Assembly (NCBI GenBank): GCA_045047305.1
Contig: JASFYO010000002.1
Location: forward strand, 96,001 to 160,000
Length of the DNA stretch: 64,000 bases
Direction: 5' to 3'
Source of the DNA: Planctomycetota bacterium
GTDB lineage: Bacteria; Planctomycetota; UBA1135
Shown: positions 19,928 to 30,781 of the stretch, one piece after another
Layout of the letters: each line of letters starts with the position of its first letter
How positions within the stretch are numbered: the first letter of the stretch is position 1
Translations under genes and position numbers: made by a program
The notes under the pieces: generated by a model
The model's input: only the letters and a program-made list of their open reading frames with translations
Databases searched by the model: none
What the model was told of the DNA's origin: nothing

Positions 19928-21547
19928 TTAGGCCTTCTTGCGCTGAGAAGCCCGCTTAACAAGCTTTTCACCCCAGACCATCAAGCAAAAAAGAAGTCCG
20001 ATGGCGGCCCAAATGGGCGCCATCAACCATCCGCCGCGGCAGTATGGAGTCAGTGCGGCGCCTACGGGGGCAACCGGAAGATCCACCGCCCACCATCCCT
20101 TCGTGTTGGGTTCAATCCCGTAAATCACTTCTCCATCTGATCTTACGAGACATGTATAGCCAGTGTTGGTAGCTCGGAGCATCGCTAAGCCGACCTCGGC
20201 AGCACGCAAACGGGTGGCAGCAATCATTTGATGCATTTCTAGACCCTCTTCTCCGAACCAATCCTCATTCGAAAGGATGACGAATGCCTGGGCTCCGGCA
20301 TTGGCTTGTCGACGGTATGGAGCTTCAAAAACATTTTCCCAACAAACCGTGCCTCCAATCTCGGGAAGATTCCCAATTCCGGCTAACGGGCCCGCATCCT
20401 GCGTAATGTTGAAGTCAGGACGGAGACCAAAGGTGTTGTGCGCCCAGCGACGAAATGCTTCTGTACCTGGGAGTAAGCCCCAAAACGGTATGGATTCACC
20501 AAATGGCACCAACTCTTGCTTGGAGAAATGATGCAGTAGATCACCGCGGTCATTGAAAAGCACAAACTCCGTCCCCCTAGGGGAGTACTCTGATTCCAGA
20601 TTCTCCTTGGTGACGGGATAATAGAAGTGGGCGCCGGTAAGGAAATACGGGGTGTTCGTAGCTGCCGCAAGAAGGCTTTTCACCTTTTCCTTTTGACGTA
20701 AGGCCACCAAATCCATACTCACGATTTCGTCTTCGCGACCAGGCCAAGGGCGGCGCAAAAAGCCGCCTATATCTTCCTCGCAGCCAGGATAAGGCCACAT
20801 GGTTTCAGCCCAAATCACCAAATCTGCTTTCACCCCCATCGCAAAGGCTTCCCAAGTAACATCGCGTTGACGCTCGTAGAAGGTCTTTGCCGACATCAGC
20901 ACTCCATTCTTATCCTCCACGGAAACGTTTGGCTGTACGGTTAAGCAACGCAGAGTTTCACTGGGCTGTTTCGCACTAGCGAGCCAAGGACTGCCACCTA
21001 TCAACAAGACTCCCAGCACCAAGCTTGGACGTAAGTTGCGTGCAAAGATAAGCGACCAAAGTGAAACCCCAACACCAACCGCAAGCACTACCAAACCAGC
21101 CTCCCCGAAGACGCGCGCGTAGGGATAGAACGGAGAAGGTTCCAAAGCCAACCCCATCGAAGCCCATGGCACCCCACCGACTCCAAGATAAAACACCTTC
21201 ATGCGCAGGAACTCTGCCGCTGGCAAAGCAAAAAAAGCCGCAAACGATGCTGGAAGCCTAGAACGTAATGCACGGTAGAGCAATCCTTCCACAAACCAAC
21301 AGCTGGCCAGAATGAGCGCCGCTCCAAGCGGAGCCAAAACGTGAACGTGGATTAGAAAAGAAAAGCTAAGCGTCCAATAAACCAAGCCGCCGACATAATC
21401 CACCCACAACCGAGGCTGCTTCTCCCAGGCCATGATGCGCAGCACCACAGAAACAAAAATGAGCGGCCACATCCAATCCCCAAACCAACCCGGCAACGCG
21501 AATGCGCGGGTGAGGGCAGCAAAAACACATAGCCAAAGCGCGGGCAC
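19928..21547 (-). CDS. lnt: Apolipoprotein N-acyltransferase
   Basis: TM N-half, VQPNV, nitrilase triad IWAET / SKQELVPFGE / VCWEN, RATNTG. GTG at 21547 (or 21556) overlaps the moeA stop. Confidence 0.9.
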   Translation of the reverse strand: MPALWLCVFAALTRAFALPGWFGDWMWPLIFVSVVLRIMAWEKQPRLWVDYVGGLVYWTLSFSFLIHVHVLAPLGAALILASCWFVEGLLYRALRSRLPASFAAFFALPAAEFLRMKVFYLGVGGVPWASMGLALEPSPFYPYARVFGEAGLVVLAVGVGVSLWSLIFARNLRPSLVLGVLLIGGSPWLASAKQPSETLRCLTVQPNVSVEDKNGVLMSAKTFYERQRDVTWEAFAMGVKADLVIWAETMWPYPGCEEDIGGFLRRPWPGREDEIVSMDLVALRQKEKVKSLLAAATNTPYFLTGAHFYYPVTKENLESEYSPRGTEFVLFNDRGDLLHHFSKQELVPFGESIPFWGLLPGTEAFRRWAHNTFGLRPDFNITQDAGPLAGIGNLPEIGGTVCWENVFEAPYRRQANAGAQAFVILSNEDWFGEEGLEMHQMIAATRLRAAEVGLAMLRATNTGYTCLVRSDGEVIYGIEPNTKGWWAVDLPVAPVGAALTPYCRGGWLMAPIWAAIGLLFCLMVWGEKLVKRASQRKKA

Positions 21548-22782
21548 TAGTGGCACTCCAATGGCAAGTAGTGGATGACGTCGCCGCTGGACAGGTTTTG
21601 CTGAGGCTCCATGAAAAGCAGGACCTCCGCACTGGCTAGGCTGGTCCAGTCGCCAGATCCAAATTCTTGGGTAGGCATTACAGTTAATGTGAGGTCGGAG
21701 GTGAACTTGCCGGGCAAGAAACGTGGGCGCGCGCGGCTGCGGACATCGCCCTGTAGGCGAGCAGTGCGCATGGTACGTGGATATTCCACGGAGCATCCAG
21801 CAAGACGGTCCATAAGTAGACGACCAAATAATTCCAGCACCACAAAGGAGGACACCGGATTACCAGGCAAGCCCAACACAAAACGCCCCCCTCTCTCACC
21901 AGCCCATACCGGCTTACCAGGTTGCACATCAACCTTATGGAAGAGTTGCTCCACCTCTAAGGCGCCAAATACCTGTGGAAGATAATCCTTCTCCCCCATG
22001 CTGACACCACCAATGGTCACCACCAAATCAGCAATTCCCAGGGCTTGATCGACCGCTTGCAACAAGGCCTCTTTTTGATCTAAAACATGATGGTGGGCAA
22101 CCACGTCGGCGCCGAAGGATTCCACTTGCACCTTAGCCAACAAGCGGTTGGAATCGCGCACTTGATGCGCTTTCGGCATCGCTTCAAAAGGAACCACCTC
22201 ATCGCCGGTAGCCAAGATCACCACCTTGGGCCTGGCGTAAACCAGCAGCGGATCGACACCACACCCTGCAATCGCGCCTAAATCGGCAACCCGGAGCCTC
22301 TGCCCAGGATTCAGGATGACGCGCCCCTTCACGCCTATCTCCCCCGCCTTACGCACATGCTGCCCAGGGGTGGGGACGGCCTCAATCGATAGAATTTCCC
22401 CCTCCCGGGTGGTGCGTTCCACTGGAATCACAGCGTCGGCACCATCAGGAACTGTCCCGCCGGTCATCACCGCAACCGCTTGCCCATGCTGCAGGCAAGT
22501 TTGACCTTCCGTTCCAGCAAAGTAGGTGCCTACAATGCGACGCGCGGCAAGGCCATCGGCACTGATGAGAGCAAAACCGTCCATTGCCGAACGTCTTACC
22601 GGTGGTTCATCGCGGTCCAAAGCAATCTCTTGAGCCAACACGCGACCGACCGCCTGCTGCAAGGGGACATGTTCCGTGGATGGGATTCTCTGAAAACGAC
22701 CCTCCAACACTTGGAGAGCTTCCGCGTATGGAAGCAAGTCCCCCCCCCCACTTGATTGCGATGTTTGCGATTGAGTGCCCAT
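21547..22782 (-). CDS. moeA: Molybdopterin molybdotransferase MoeA
   Basis: GRVLA, SAMDGFA, MTGG.VPDGADAV, ATGDEV, DSN, GGVSMG, PGKP, GLPGNPVS. ATG 22782 more plausible than the ORF-track 23226. Confidence 0.93.
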   Translation of the reverse strand: MGTQSQTSQSSGGGDLLPYAEALQVLEGRFQRIPSTEHVPLQQAVGRVLAQEIALDRDEPPVRRSAMDGFALISADGLAARRIVGTYFAGTEGQTCLQHGQAVAVMTGGTVPDGADAVIPVERTTREGEILSIEAVPTPGQHVRKAGEIGVKGRVILNPGQRLRVADLGAIAGCGVDPLLVYARPKVVILATGDEVVPFEAMPKAHQVRDSNRLLAKVQVESFGADVVAHHHVLDQKEALLQAVDQALGIADLVVTIGGVSMGEKDYLPQVFGALEVEQLFHKVDVQPGKPVWAGERGGRFVLGLPGNPVSSFVVLELFGRLLMDRLAGCSVEYPRTMRTARLQGDVRSRARPRFLPGKFTSDLTLTVMPTQEFGSGDWTSLASAEVLLFMEPQQNLSSGDVIHYLPLECH

Positions 22783-22843
22783 GATGCCGTCAGCTTGACC
22801 TACGAAGGCCTCATAATAGGGTCCCCCGTGTTCCTCATCCGCC

Positions 22844-23977
22844 ATGACCTCCCTTAAGCCCACCCTGCTCTCCCTTTCTCTGCTAGTGGCGTTCAGTTGC
22901 TCCCGCCTAGCCGAGAAGGATGACACCTCCTCTGAGGTTTCCGCCCCTGAAGTCGAAGCAGAGGTTGTGAAAAAGGAGCCTGTGTTGGTGCGTGCCTCGC
23001 ACCTAAGCATGGGCGACGTGGAGAAAACCCTCGAATCCAGCGCCAACGTCATGTCGATGGATGTGGTGGACTTGATGCCAGAACGCGCCGAGCCGGTGGT
23101 CGAAATTTTGGTAGAGGAAGGCGACTTGGTGGTTGCAGGACAGGTGCTGGCACGCTTGCGCGACGCCAATGCCAAGCTCGCCGTTGCCGAAGCCGATGTG
23201 CGGGTGGTTGAAACGCGGCAAGCCATGGAGCAAGCTGAGCGTGAGTTCGACCGCGATAAAAAGCTGATGGAGACTGGCGGTCCAACCGGAGTTTTGTCCG
23301 ACCGGGTTTTCGAAACCAGCCGTCAAACTTGGGACGCAAGCAAAACCGCCCACCAAACCGCAACGGTAGCCAAGGAGCGGGCTCTTTTGGAGTTGGCGCA
23401 ATGTAACCTCATTTCCCCAATCAGCGGCACCGTCAGTGTGCGCGACATTTCGGTCGGTGACATGGCCACCGTTGGCGCGCGCGCTTTTGAAATCACCGAT
23501 CAGAGCAAACCCAAGATGGTGCTTTTCCGCCCGCAGCGGGAGCTCATGGATCTTCGTGTTGGTCAACGCCTGACCGCCTTTTCGGATGCCTTCCCGGGCA
23601 TCATCGTGGATGGCTACATTGAACGCATTGCGCCGACTGTGGACCTCGCTACCGGAACTGTAAAAGTGACCGCGGCATTAGAGCCGAAGGAACAATTAAT
23701 TCCAGTCGGGATTTTGGCCAAGCTGGTACTGGTTATGGAGCGACATGAAAATGTTTTGCTCATCCCAAAGAAGGCTCTCGTCCACGAAGGCAGTCAAGTA
23801 TTTTGCTATGCGGTCCGTGACAACCTAGCGGTCCGGGTCGAAGTCTTTGAGGGGTATGAAAACGAAGACATGGTGGAAGTTGCAGAAGGCACCGACTTAA
23901 CCATCGATGATTTAGTCGTGGTGGTTGGAGCGGATCGCATTGGTGATGGCGATCCTGTGGAGCTCGCAGACGAATGA
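22844..23977 (+). CDS. RND efflux periplasmic adaptor (probable lipoprotein)
   Basis: Lipobox-like VAFSC, lipoyl halves (VEEGD.V..GQVLA; SPISGTV), helical hairpin, LLIPKKAL. Confidence 0.92.
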   Translation: MTSLKPTLLSLSLLVAFSCSRLAEKDDTSSEVSAPEVEAEVVKKEPVLVRASHLSMGDVEKTLESSANVMSMDVVDLMPERAEPVVEILVEEGDLVVAGQVLARLRDANAKLAVAEADVRVVETRQAMEQAEREFDRDKKLMETGGPTGVLSDRVFETSRQTWDASKTAHQTATVAKERALLELAQCNLISPISGTVSVRDISVGDMATVGARAFEITDQSKPKMVLFRPQRELMDLRVGQRLTAFSDAFPGIIVDGYIERIAPTVDLATGTVKVTAALEPKEQLIPVGILAKLVLVMERHENVLLIPKKALVHEGSQVFCYAVRDNLAVRVEVFEGYENEDMVEVAEGTDLTIDDLVVVVGADRIGDGDPVELADE

Positions 23978-26900
23978 ACAAGCAGGAATCACAAAGCGGC
24001 GGTTTTGGGGGCTTGTTCGCTCTAGGTGTACGCCGGCCGGTGGGCATGGGCATGATTGTCGCCGCGGCGGTGGTCTTCGGCATCATCTCGCTTGGCAAAC
24101 TACCGGTGGACTTGTTGCCACCTATCAATTATCCCTCGCTTACTGTGCGCACCACCTACTCCGGAGCTGCTCCGGAAGATGTAGAGGAGCGCGTGACCGA
24201 ACGCCTGGAAGATGTGCTTTCCACCGTTGGACATTTGGTGCATATCAGTTCCAGTTCGCGGGCAGAGGTTTCAGAAATCCTGATGGAGTTCGAATGGGGT
24301 GCGAATCTTCCATTCCTAGTGCAAGATGTGCGTGAACGCCTAGACCGGGTGTTTTTGCCCAACGGCGTGGAGAAACCGCTCATCCTGCGTTACGACCCGA
24401 GCTTGGATCCCGTACTACGCATTGCACTCTCCGGGGGCACCGATTTAGTGCGTTTGCGCGGCATCGCCGAATCCGAGGTCGAGCGTCAGTTGGAAGGGCT
24501 GCCTGGAGTGGCAGCGGTGCGGGTGAAAGGCGGGCTTGAAGACGAAGTCCACGTTCTATTTGACCCTCAAAAACTTGCGCGGTTCGGACTCTCCGGCGAA
24601 GACATTCGGCAACGTTTAATCGACGAAAATCTCAACGTTCCTGGGGGCAAGCTGGAAGAGGGCTCGGTGGAATACGTTGTGCGCACACTCAACCAATTCC
24701 GTACTCTCGATGAGATTCGGGATTTGCCGATCCTGACCGTAGAGCAGACCACCGTAAAGCTGCGTGACATCGCGACGATTTCACGTGGGAGCAAAGACCG
24801 CGACGTCGTGCAACGAGTCGCGGGCGCAGAGGCGGTGGAGATTGCGGTTTATCGCGAAGCTGGCGCTAATATTGTTTCGGTAGCACAGGAGGTACGTGCA
24901 AAGCTATTCGGCAAGGTAGTCGACACCAGTCGTCCGCCACCCAAGGACGATTTTGAAAGCGATTCTGCCGATGACCTTGCTCCTGAGAGGCCGGATTACA
25001 TCGCTGCAAAACTACCCTCCGATGTCAAGCTCACCCTGCTTTCCGACCAATCCACTTTCGTCGCTGACGCGATCTCGGAAGTCAACCGCGCCGCCATGTT
25101 TGGTGGCATTTTCGCGGTCCTAGTTTGTTACTTCTTCCTTAGAAGATTCGGTACCACTTTCATCATCGGCCTCGCCGTACCGATTTCAATCGTTGCCACC
25201 TTCGGCGCTATGTACAGCTCTGGTGTTTCGATGAACATCATGTCTTTGGGTGGTCTCGCCCTTGGTATTGGCATGTTGGTGGACAACGCGATTGTGGTGC
25301 TCGAATCCATCACCCGGTGCCGAGAAGAGGGTGACTCCCCGAGCGATGCAGCCATTCGCGGCGTCGCCGAAGTAGGCAGCGCAGTCACAGCGTCTACCCT
25401 GACCACGATTGCGGTCTTTGCTCCCATCATCTTCGTTGAGGGCATTGCAGGGCAAACCTTTGGCGATCAAGCTTTGACCGTAGTCGCGTCTTTGCTCATT
25501 TCCCTAGCCGTCGCCTTGTTCTTTATTCCGGGGCTAGCAGCGCGGATCCAGCTTACGGATCAAGACAAACAAGAAGGTGGCGTGGGCGGCATAATCGGGC
25601 GCATGAGCGCGCAACTTTTGCCGCACATTCGTTCTGGCAAGCTGTTTCAGGGACTACTTCAAACCAAACGTGTCCGCTTCTTGGTGGGCAGTGCTGTTTG
25701 TGGCGTGGCCGCTGCAGTCTTGGTGTTGGTCGTTCTCCCTCCAATGGATGACGAGTGGGTCAAGCAAGGCATGAAGCTCAAAGGCGATTGGAATCCCGTG
25801 CCGAAAGATGTGCGGCAAAGCATGGCGCTCTTAAAGTTCATCGGGATATTGCTATTCCTGCCATTCCTTTGGATTTGGGGACAACCTGCAATCGCATTTC
25901 TTTCGCGCTTACTGTTCGACGTTCTCGGGCTAGGACTTTTTGTGGTCAAGGCTTTGTTAGGCGCAGTTCTGTTTGCAGTCAAGATTGCACTTTGGCCTCC
26001 CTCGTTCTTGTTGAACTTAATTTTCACCCTGTCAGAAAAGACTTACCCTCTAGTCTTACGTGGGGCCTTGCGTGCACCTGCGATTGTGCTGTTTATCGCC
26101 ATGGGCTTGGCCGCCCTCAGCTTCCGGGGCGCCAGCGACATGGGTCGCGAACTCTTACCCGAAGTCATGCAAGGTGAATTCACCGCAGAGCTGTATTTCC
26201 CGGCAGGCACACCGCTGTTGGAAACCGATCTTCTCGCGCGCAAAATGGAGCAGAAAATCCGCAACTTGGATGGTGTTCTGGAAACCGCGATTACTTCCGG
26301 CGCCGACCGCGAGACGGTTTCTACGGAAGAAACCGGGCCACACACGGCTCGCATTTCCATCCGCTTAGACCCCAAGGTAGCGGACCCTCACGCACTAGAG
26401 CGTAGCGCGGAAGCGCAAATCCGTGGGCTGATGGAAAGAGAACCAGCCTTGGCGCGCTTCTCCTTACGCCGGCCGACACTCTTGGCCCTGAATGCGCCGT
26501 TAGAGATCGAAATCATTGGCGACAATCTCGACACTCTTGCCGAAGTCTCTAAACGCACACAAGCAGCATTGCAGGACATTCCTGGCTTGGTCGACATTCG
26601 TTCTTCCTTGCGTCGCGGCAACCCGGAAATCCGAATCACACCAGACCGTGTCATGCTGGCACGCCATGGCTTAACAGCTGCGCAGATTTCCAGCCGCTTA
26701 CGCCTCGCAGTCGAAGGCGAAACCGCATCGACCTTCCCGGGCAGGGACGAACGCATCGACATTCGTGTCCGCGCCGACATGGATGGCATGAAGCGCGTTG
26801 AACAGCTCATGGATTTGCCGATTAACCCAGATGCGGAACATCCGTTGCCACTGAGTGCCGTCGCGCACTTTGAGCTGCAAGATGGGCCAAGCGATATCCG

Positions 26901-27603
26901 CCATATCCGTGGGCGTCGGGCTGCCGTGCTTTCCGCTTCGCTTGCAGGATTCGACTTGGGGGATACCAGCGCTGTGGTTGCGGAACGCCTCAGCCACATC
27001 CCCCTCCCACCTGATGTAGTGATTAACCTTGGCGGCCAAACCGATGAAATGGCCGACGCACTCAATTCCTTGATGTTCGCACTAGGATTGGCGATTTTCT
27101 TGGTTTATGCGGTAATGGCAGCACAGTTTGAATCCCTACTGCAACCATTCCTCATTCTGTTCTCAGTCCCTCTCGCTGGCGTTGGTGCTATCACCGTGAT
27201 GCGCTTTACCGATACCCCGATTTCTGTGGTCGCGCTACTCGGTGCGGTCATCCTTGCAGGCATTGTGGTCAACAACGCTATTGTGCTTGTCGATCGAATT
27301 AACCGCAACCGCCTGAGAGGCATGAGCGTGAATGAAGCCATCATTGAAGGCGGCCAAGCACGCTTGCGGCCCATCTTGATGACCACCACCACCACCGTTC
27401 TCGGCATGCTACCCATGACTGGTTGGATTTCATTCCTTGGCGGTCAACAAGGCGCCGAGCTACGCACTCCGATGGCATTGGTGGTCATTGCTGGACTAAT
27501 TAGTTCCACCGTGCTCACACTACTTGTGATTCCCACTGGTTATCGCCTGCTGACAGCACTGGAAAGAGGCGACCGCTACTCCAAGGAGAAGGCAACTGTC
27601 TGA
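23974..27603 (+). CDS. RND efflux permease (AcrB/D/F family) with mid-protein insertion
   Basis: RRPV, LPVDLLP, GMLVDNAIVV, GIVVNNAIV, RLRPILMT. 1209 aa. Confidence 0.95.
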   Translation: MNKQESQSGGFGGLFALGVRRPVGMGMIVAAAVVFGIISLGKLPVDLLPPINYPSLTVRTTYSGAAPEDVEERVTERLEDVLSTVGHLVHISSSSRAEVSEILMEFEWGANLPFLVQDVRERLDRVFLPNGVEKPLILRYDPSLDPVLRIALSGGTDLVRLRGIAESEVERQLEGLPGVAAVRVKGGLEDEVHVLFDPQKLARFGLSGEDIRQRLIDENLNVPGGKLEEGSVEYVVRTLNQFRTLDEIRDLPILTVEQTTVKLRDIATISRGSKDRDVVQRVAGAEAVEIAVYREAGANIVSVAQEVRAKLFGKVVDTSRPPPKDDFESDSADDLAPERPDYIAAKLPSDVKLTLLSDQSTFVADAISEVNRAAMFGGIFAVLVCYFFLRRFGTTFIIGLAVPISIVATFGAMYSSGVSMNIMSLGGLALGIGMLVDNAIVVLESITRCREEGDSPSDAAIRGVAEVGSAVTASTLTTIAVFAPIIFVEGIAGQTFGDQALTVVASLLISLAVALFFIPGLAARIQLTDQDKQEGGVGGIIGRMSAQLLPHIRSGKLFQGLLQTKRVRFLVGSAVCGVAAAVLVLVVLPPMDDEWVKQGMKLKGDWNPVPKDVRQSMALLKFIGILLFLPFLWIWGQPAIAFLSRLLFDVLGLGLFVVKALLGAVLFAVKIALWPPSFLLNLIFTLSEKTYPLVLRGALRAPAIVLFIAMGLAALSFRGASDMGRELLPEVMQGEFTAELYFPAGTPLLETDLLARKMEQKIRNLDGVLETAITSGADRETVSTEETGPHTARISIRLDPKVADPHALERSAEAQIRGLMEREPALARFSLRRPTLLALNAPLEIEIIGDNLDTLAEVSKRTQAALQDIPGLVDIRSSLRRGNPEIRITPDRVMLARHGLTAAQISSRLRLAVEGETASTFPGRDERIDIRVRADMDGMKRVEQLMDLPINPDAEHPLPLSAVAHFELQDGPSDIRHIRGRRAAVLSASLAGFDLGDTSAVVAERLSHIPLPPDVVINLGGQTDEMADALNSLMFALGLAIFLVYAVMAAQFESLLQPFLILFSVPLAGVGAITVMRFTDTPISVVALLGAVILAGIVVNNAIVLVDRINRNRLRGMSVNEAIIEGGQARLRPILMTTTTTVLGMLPMTGWISFLGGQQGAELRTPMALVVIAGLISSTVLTLLVIPTGYRLLTALERGDRYSKEKATV

Positions 27604-27622
27604 ACCTCGAGATCCAGCCTTA

Positions 27623-30600
27623 GTGCGCTTCTTCCGCGCCTTGATCCAGCACCCGATTGGGGTGCTGATGATCTCCATTGCTCTTTTGGGCATGAGTTTC
27701 ATCGCGGCCAAGCGCATTCCACTGGAGTTGATTCCTTCTGGATTAACTGGTTCGCAGATTTCGATTAATGCTGCATGGGAAGGCGCCAACCCGATTGAAC
27801 TCGAGCAGAAGGTGCTGAAACCACTCGAGAAGGAATTGCGTTCGATTTCTAATCTAGAGGAAATCGTATCTTGGGCCTCCGATGGCAACGTTGGTTTCCA
27901 ACTTGAATTCCCTGGCGACCTCGACATGGACCTGGTTTACAGCGAAGTCGCAGACCGGGTAGAACGTGCGCGACCGGCTTTACCCAAGGAAGTCGATCGC
28001 ATTCTGATTCGCAAAAACGGTATGGATCAGATTCCGGTCATGATGGCAGGAATCCAATACAACGGATTAGATGACGATGTTGCCCAAGACCTAATTGCCA
28101 ACGTATTAGTTCCCCGCATTGAGGCCATCGACGGCGTAGCGAGCGCCAATTCCTGGGGGCTAACCCCACTTTCCGTGCGCATTTGGCTCGACGAGCAGAA
28201 GGTCTTTGCCAATCGCGTAGATATCGGATCCTTGGTAGCACGTCTACAAGGCGATAATATTTCCTCCCCAGTCGGCGATCTCGATGACGGGGGCTCCCGC
28301 GCCATCATCCGCGTTGACTCACGCTTCACAACTCTGGAGGAGATTGAAAACTTCCCAGTACGTGATGGCCTGCTAATCAAGGATATAGGCCGCGTAGTCA
28401 AAGCACGAAGTGCGCCCGAATTTCTATTCAAGTTTGATGGCGAATACAGCACTACCATCCAAATCACTAAAGAGAGTTCGGCAAACACCTTCGAATTATG
28501 TGAAGCGCTAAATAAAGAATTTATGCAGCTGCTGCCAAACGATCCGGTCCTCGGGCGTTTCACTTATCTCATCTACTTTGACCAAGGTGAGATGATTGGG
28601 CAAAGCATCATGGGCTTGGTCGACGACTCCCTTTTGGGTGGGGCCATCGCCTGCATCGTGCTGCTCTTATTCCTGCGAAGGCTTTCTTACACCTTATTAA
28701 TCACGCTTTCGATTCCCTTCGCGGTGTTGATTGCATTGAGCTACCTCTACTTCAGTGGCAAAAGTCTGAACCTCATGTCGATGATGGGAATTACAATTTC
28801 CATCGGCATGCTAGTCGATAATTCGGTGGTGATTGTCGAGAGTATCTTTAAGCGCCGTGAAAATGGTGCAAGCACCTTGGACTCCATCACCCGAGGCCCA
28901 GCAGAAGTCATGTTAGCAATCGTCACGGCAACCTTGACCACGGTTGTTGTGTTCTTGCCTCTTATGTTCTTGACTAGCGATCGCTCTCAACGCGTAATTG
29001 CTGGCGCCATTGGCATGCCTTTGATTGTCGCGCTGCTCTCAGCATTGGTTCTCTCTATCGTGATGGTGCCTGTGGCTGCGCGTTACCTTCAACACCACGG
29101 CAAGCGTGGCAAGAAGGAAGCCAAGTCCGCCGGACAAATGCCGAAATGGATGACCAAGCCTTTACTTGGCACTTTGGCATTGGCTTTACGTTTCCGTTTT
29201 GCAGCAAGTGCAGTCTGCATCGCCATCCTCATGTCAGGCGCGATCCCCACCGCCAGCCAAAGTGCAACGGGTGGCAATGAAGGTGACGACGGTCAAATTC
29301 AAATCGGATTCAACTTCACGGAAGATACTTCCCTAAACGACGCTCATGACGAAGTAAAACTGATGGAAGCAGTGCTGCTCACCAGCGACTTCAAGGAGGC
29401 CTTCCCTGATGTCGGCACCGGAATTTTGTTCGATGATGACAGTGGCCAAATTATGGTGTGGCCAAACAAACCGCTTAAGGTGCGCCAAAAAGAAGCCTTG
29501 CTGGCCTACCTCCGAGAAAGCTTGCCACAACGCTCCCGCGTAAAATACCGTTTTGAAAAGGAGTTCAGCCAAGGCAATTCCAAGGACCAGGAATGGACTC
29601 GCATTCGGATTGAAGGCCCGGAGAGCGGAGGGGTCGCTGCAATCCTAACCCAGGTGCGAGAAGCCGCGCTGCTCAGCCCTGACTTCACGGAAGTAAGTAA
29701 AGACCGCGGCAAGGTTCGTGAGATTCTGGTTAGCTTGGACCGTAACCGTATGAGCCAGCTCGGCGTGGATAGCCGTTCGGTGATTGGTAACATTGAATGG
29801 ACGATGCGTGGTTTTATGGTTTCGCGTTTTGAGACTCCAAATCAAGATTTGCCGCTCATCATCGAGTACGACACACCCACCAACCCCGATCGTTCAAGCC
29901 TCGAGGAAATGGTGGTGGCTGCGCAGGGAACCATGGTGCCGCTGTCAACCTTCGCCAACTTCACCAACTCGCGTTCCAATAGCGGAATTTTTCGCCGCAA
30001 TGGAAAGTTATCCGATTCGATTGGCTTGAAGGCCAAAGATGAAGACATCAAGGCTGCTTATGCCGCCGCCACGCGCCTAATGGACACGATTGAAATGCCG
30101 GAGGGTTATCGCTGGACCCAGGATGGAGGCTGGTCGAAAACACAACAAGATATGGGTGAACTGGGTAACGCCATGACACTTGCGATCGGTTTAGTGTTCT
30201 TACTGATGGGACTTCTTTTTAACTCGATAGTCCTTCCTATTTCAGCACTCACCACGATTGCATTTGCCATTCTAGGTGCCAACTGGGCCTTCTATATCAT
30301 GGATCAACCTGTCGGCCCGATGGAGTACATCGGCATGATTGTCTTGGCTGGCGTAGTCGTCAACAACGGCATTGTGCTTATCGATGCCATTCTGCAGTTC
30401 GAGCGTACCGGCCTCAACACCCACGATGCCATCCTCGCTGCGGTAAAGGATCGAATGCGGCCGGTGTTCATGACTGCTCTCACTACGGTCTGTGGCCTAC
30501 TCCCGATTGCGCTGTCTGAGCCTTCCGGGAATGGCATGAACTTCCAAGGCCTCGCCATCGGTATTGTCGGCGGCATCACTGTGGCGACCTTCTTCACCCT

Positions 30601-30712
30601 GACCGTGGTCCCCCTCTCCTTCTCGCTTTTGCGTGATTTGGGCTGCTTGTTCTCAAACGCTTTCCTTGGTAAACCATTACCTTGGGCGCAGGTTGAGAAA
30701 GATGTGCTATAG
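27623..30712 (+). CDS. Second RND efflux permease
   Basis: GMLVDNSVV, GVVVNNGIV, RMRPVFMT. 1029 aa. Confidence 0.93.
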   Translation: MRFFRALIQHPIGVLMISIALLGMSFIAAKRIPLELIPSGLTGSQISINAAWEGANPIELEQKVLKPLEKELRSISNLEEIVSWASDGNVGFQLEFPGDLDMDLVYSEVADRVERARPALPKEVDRILIRKNGMDQIPVMMAGIQYNGLDDDVAQDLIANVLVPRIEAIDGVASANSWGLTPLSVRIWLDEQKVFANRVDIGSLVARLQGDNISSPVGDLDDGGSRAIIRVDSRFTTLEEIENFPVRDGLLIKDIGRVVKARSAPEFLFKFDGEYSTTIQITKESSANTFELCEALNKEFMQLLPNDPVLGRFTYLIYFDQGEMIGQSIMGLVDDSLLGGAIACIVLLLFLRRLSYTLLITLSIPFAVLIALSYLYFSGKSLNLMSMMGITISIGMLVDNSVVIVESIFKRRENGASTLDSITRGPAEVMLAIVTATLTTVVVFLPLMFLTSDRSQRVIAGAIGMPLIVALLSALVLSIVMVPVAARYLQHHGKRGKKEAKSAGQMPKWMTKPLLGTLALALRFRFAASAVCIAILMSGAIPTASQSATGGNEGDDGQIQIGFNFTEDTSLNDAHDEVKLMEAVLLTSDFKEAFPDVGTGILFDDDSGQIMVWPNKPLKVRQKEALLAYLRESLPQRSRVKYRFEKEFSQGNSKDQEWTRIRIEGPESGGVAAILTQVREAALLSPDFTEVSKDRGKVREILVSLDRNRMSQLGVDSRSVIGNIEWTMRGFMVSRFETPNQDLPLIIEYDTPTNPDRSSLEEMVVAAQGTMVPLSTFANFTNSRSNSGIFRRNGKLSDSIGLKAKDEDIKAAYAAATRLMDTIEMPEGYRWTQDGGWSKTQQDMGELGNAMTLAIGLVFLLMGLLFNSIVLPISALTTIAFAILGANWAFYIMDQPVGPMEYIGMIVLAGVVVNNGIVLIDAILQFERTGLNTHDAILAAVKDRMRPVFMTALTTVCGLLPIALSEPSGNGMNFQGLAIGIVGGITVATFFTLTVVPLSFSLLRDLGCLFSNAFLGKPLPWAQVEKDVL

Positions 30713-30781
30713 GAATCAGGAAACCTAAAAGCTCCACAGACGTAACCGCTTTGATGCCGTACAATGTATGGCAACCCAGTC

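Noticed and set aside
22783..23226. Long N-terminal extensions in the ORF track for moeA (also lnt, kbl, rodA, scpB, FHA gene, TPR peptidase)
   Set aside because: They overlap neighbouring genes, and homology motifs or coupled starts begin further downstream.
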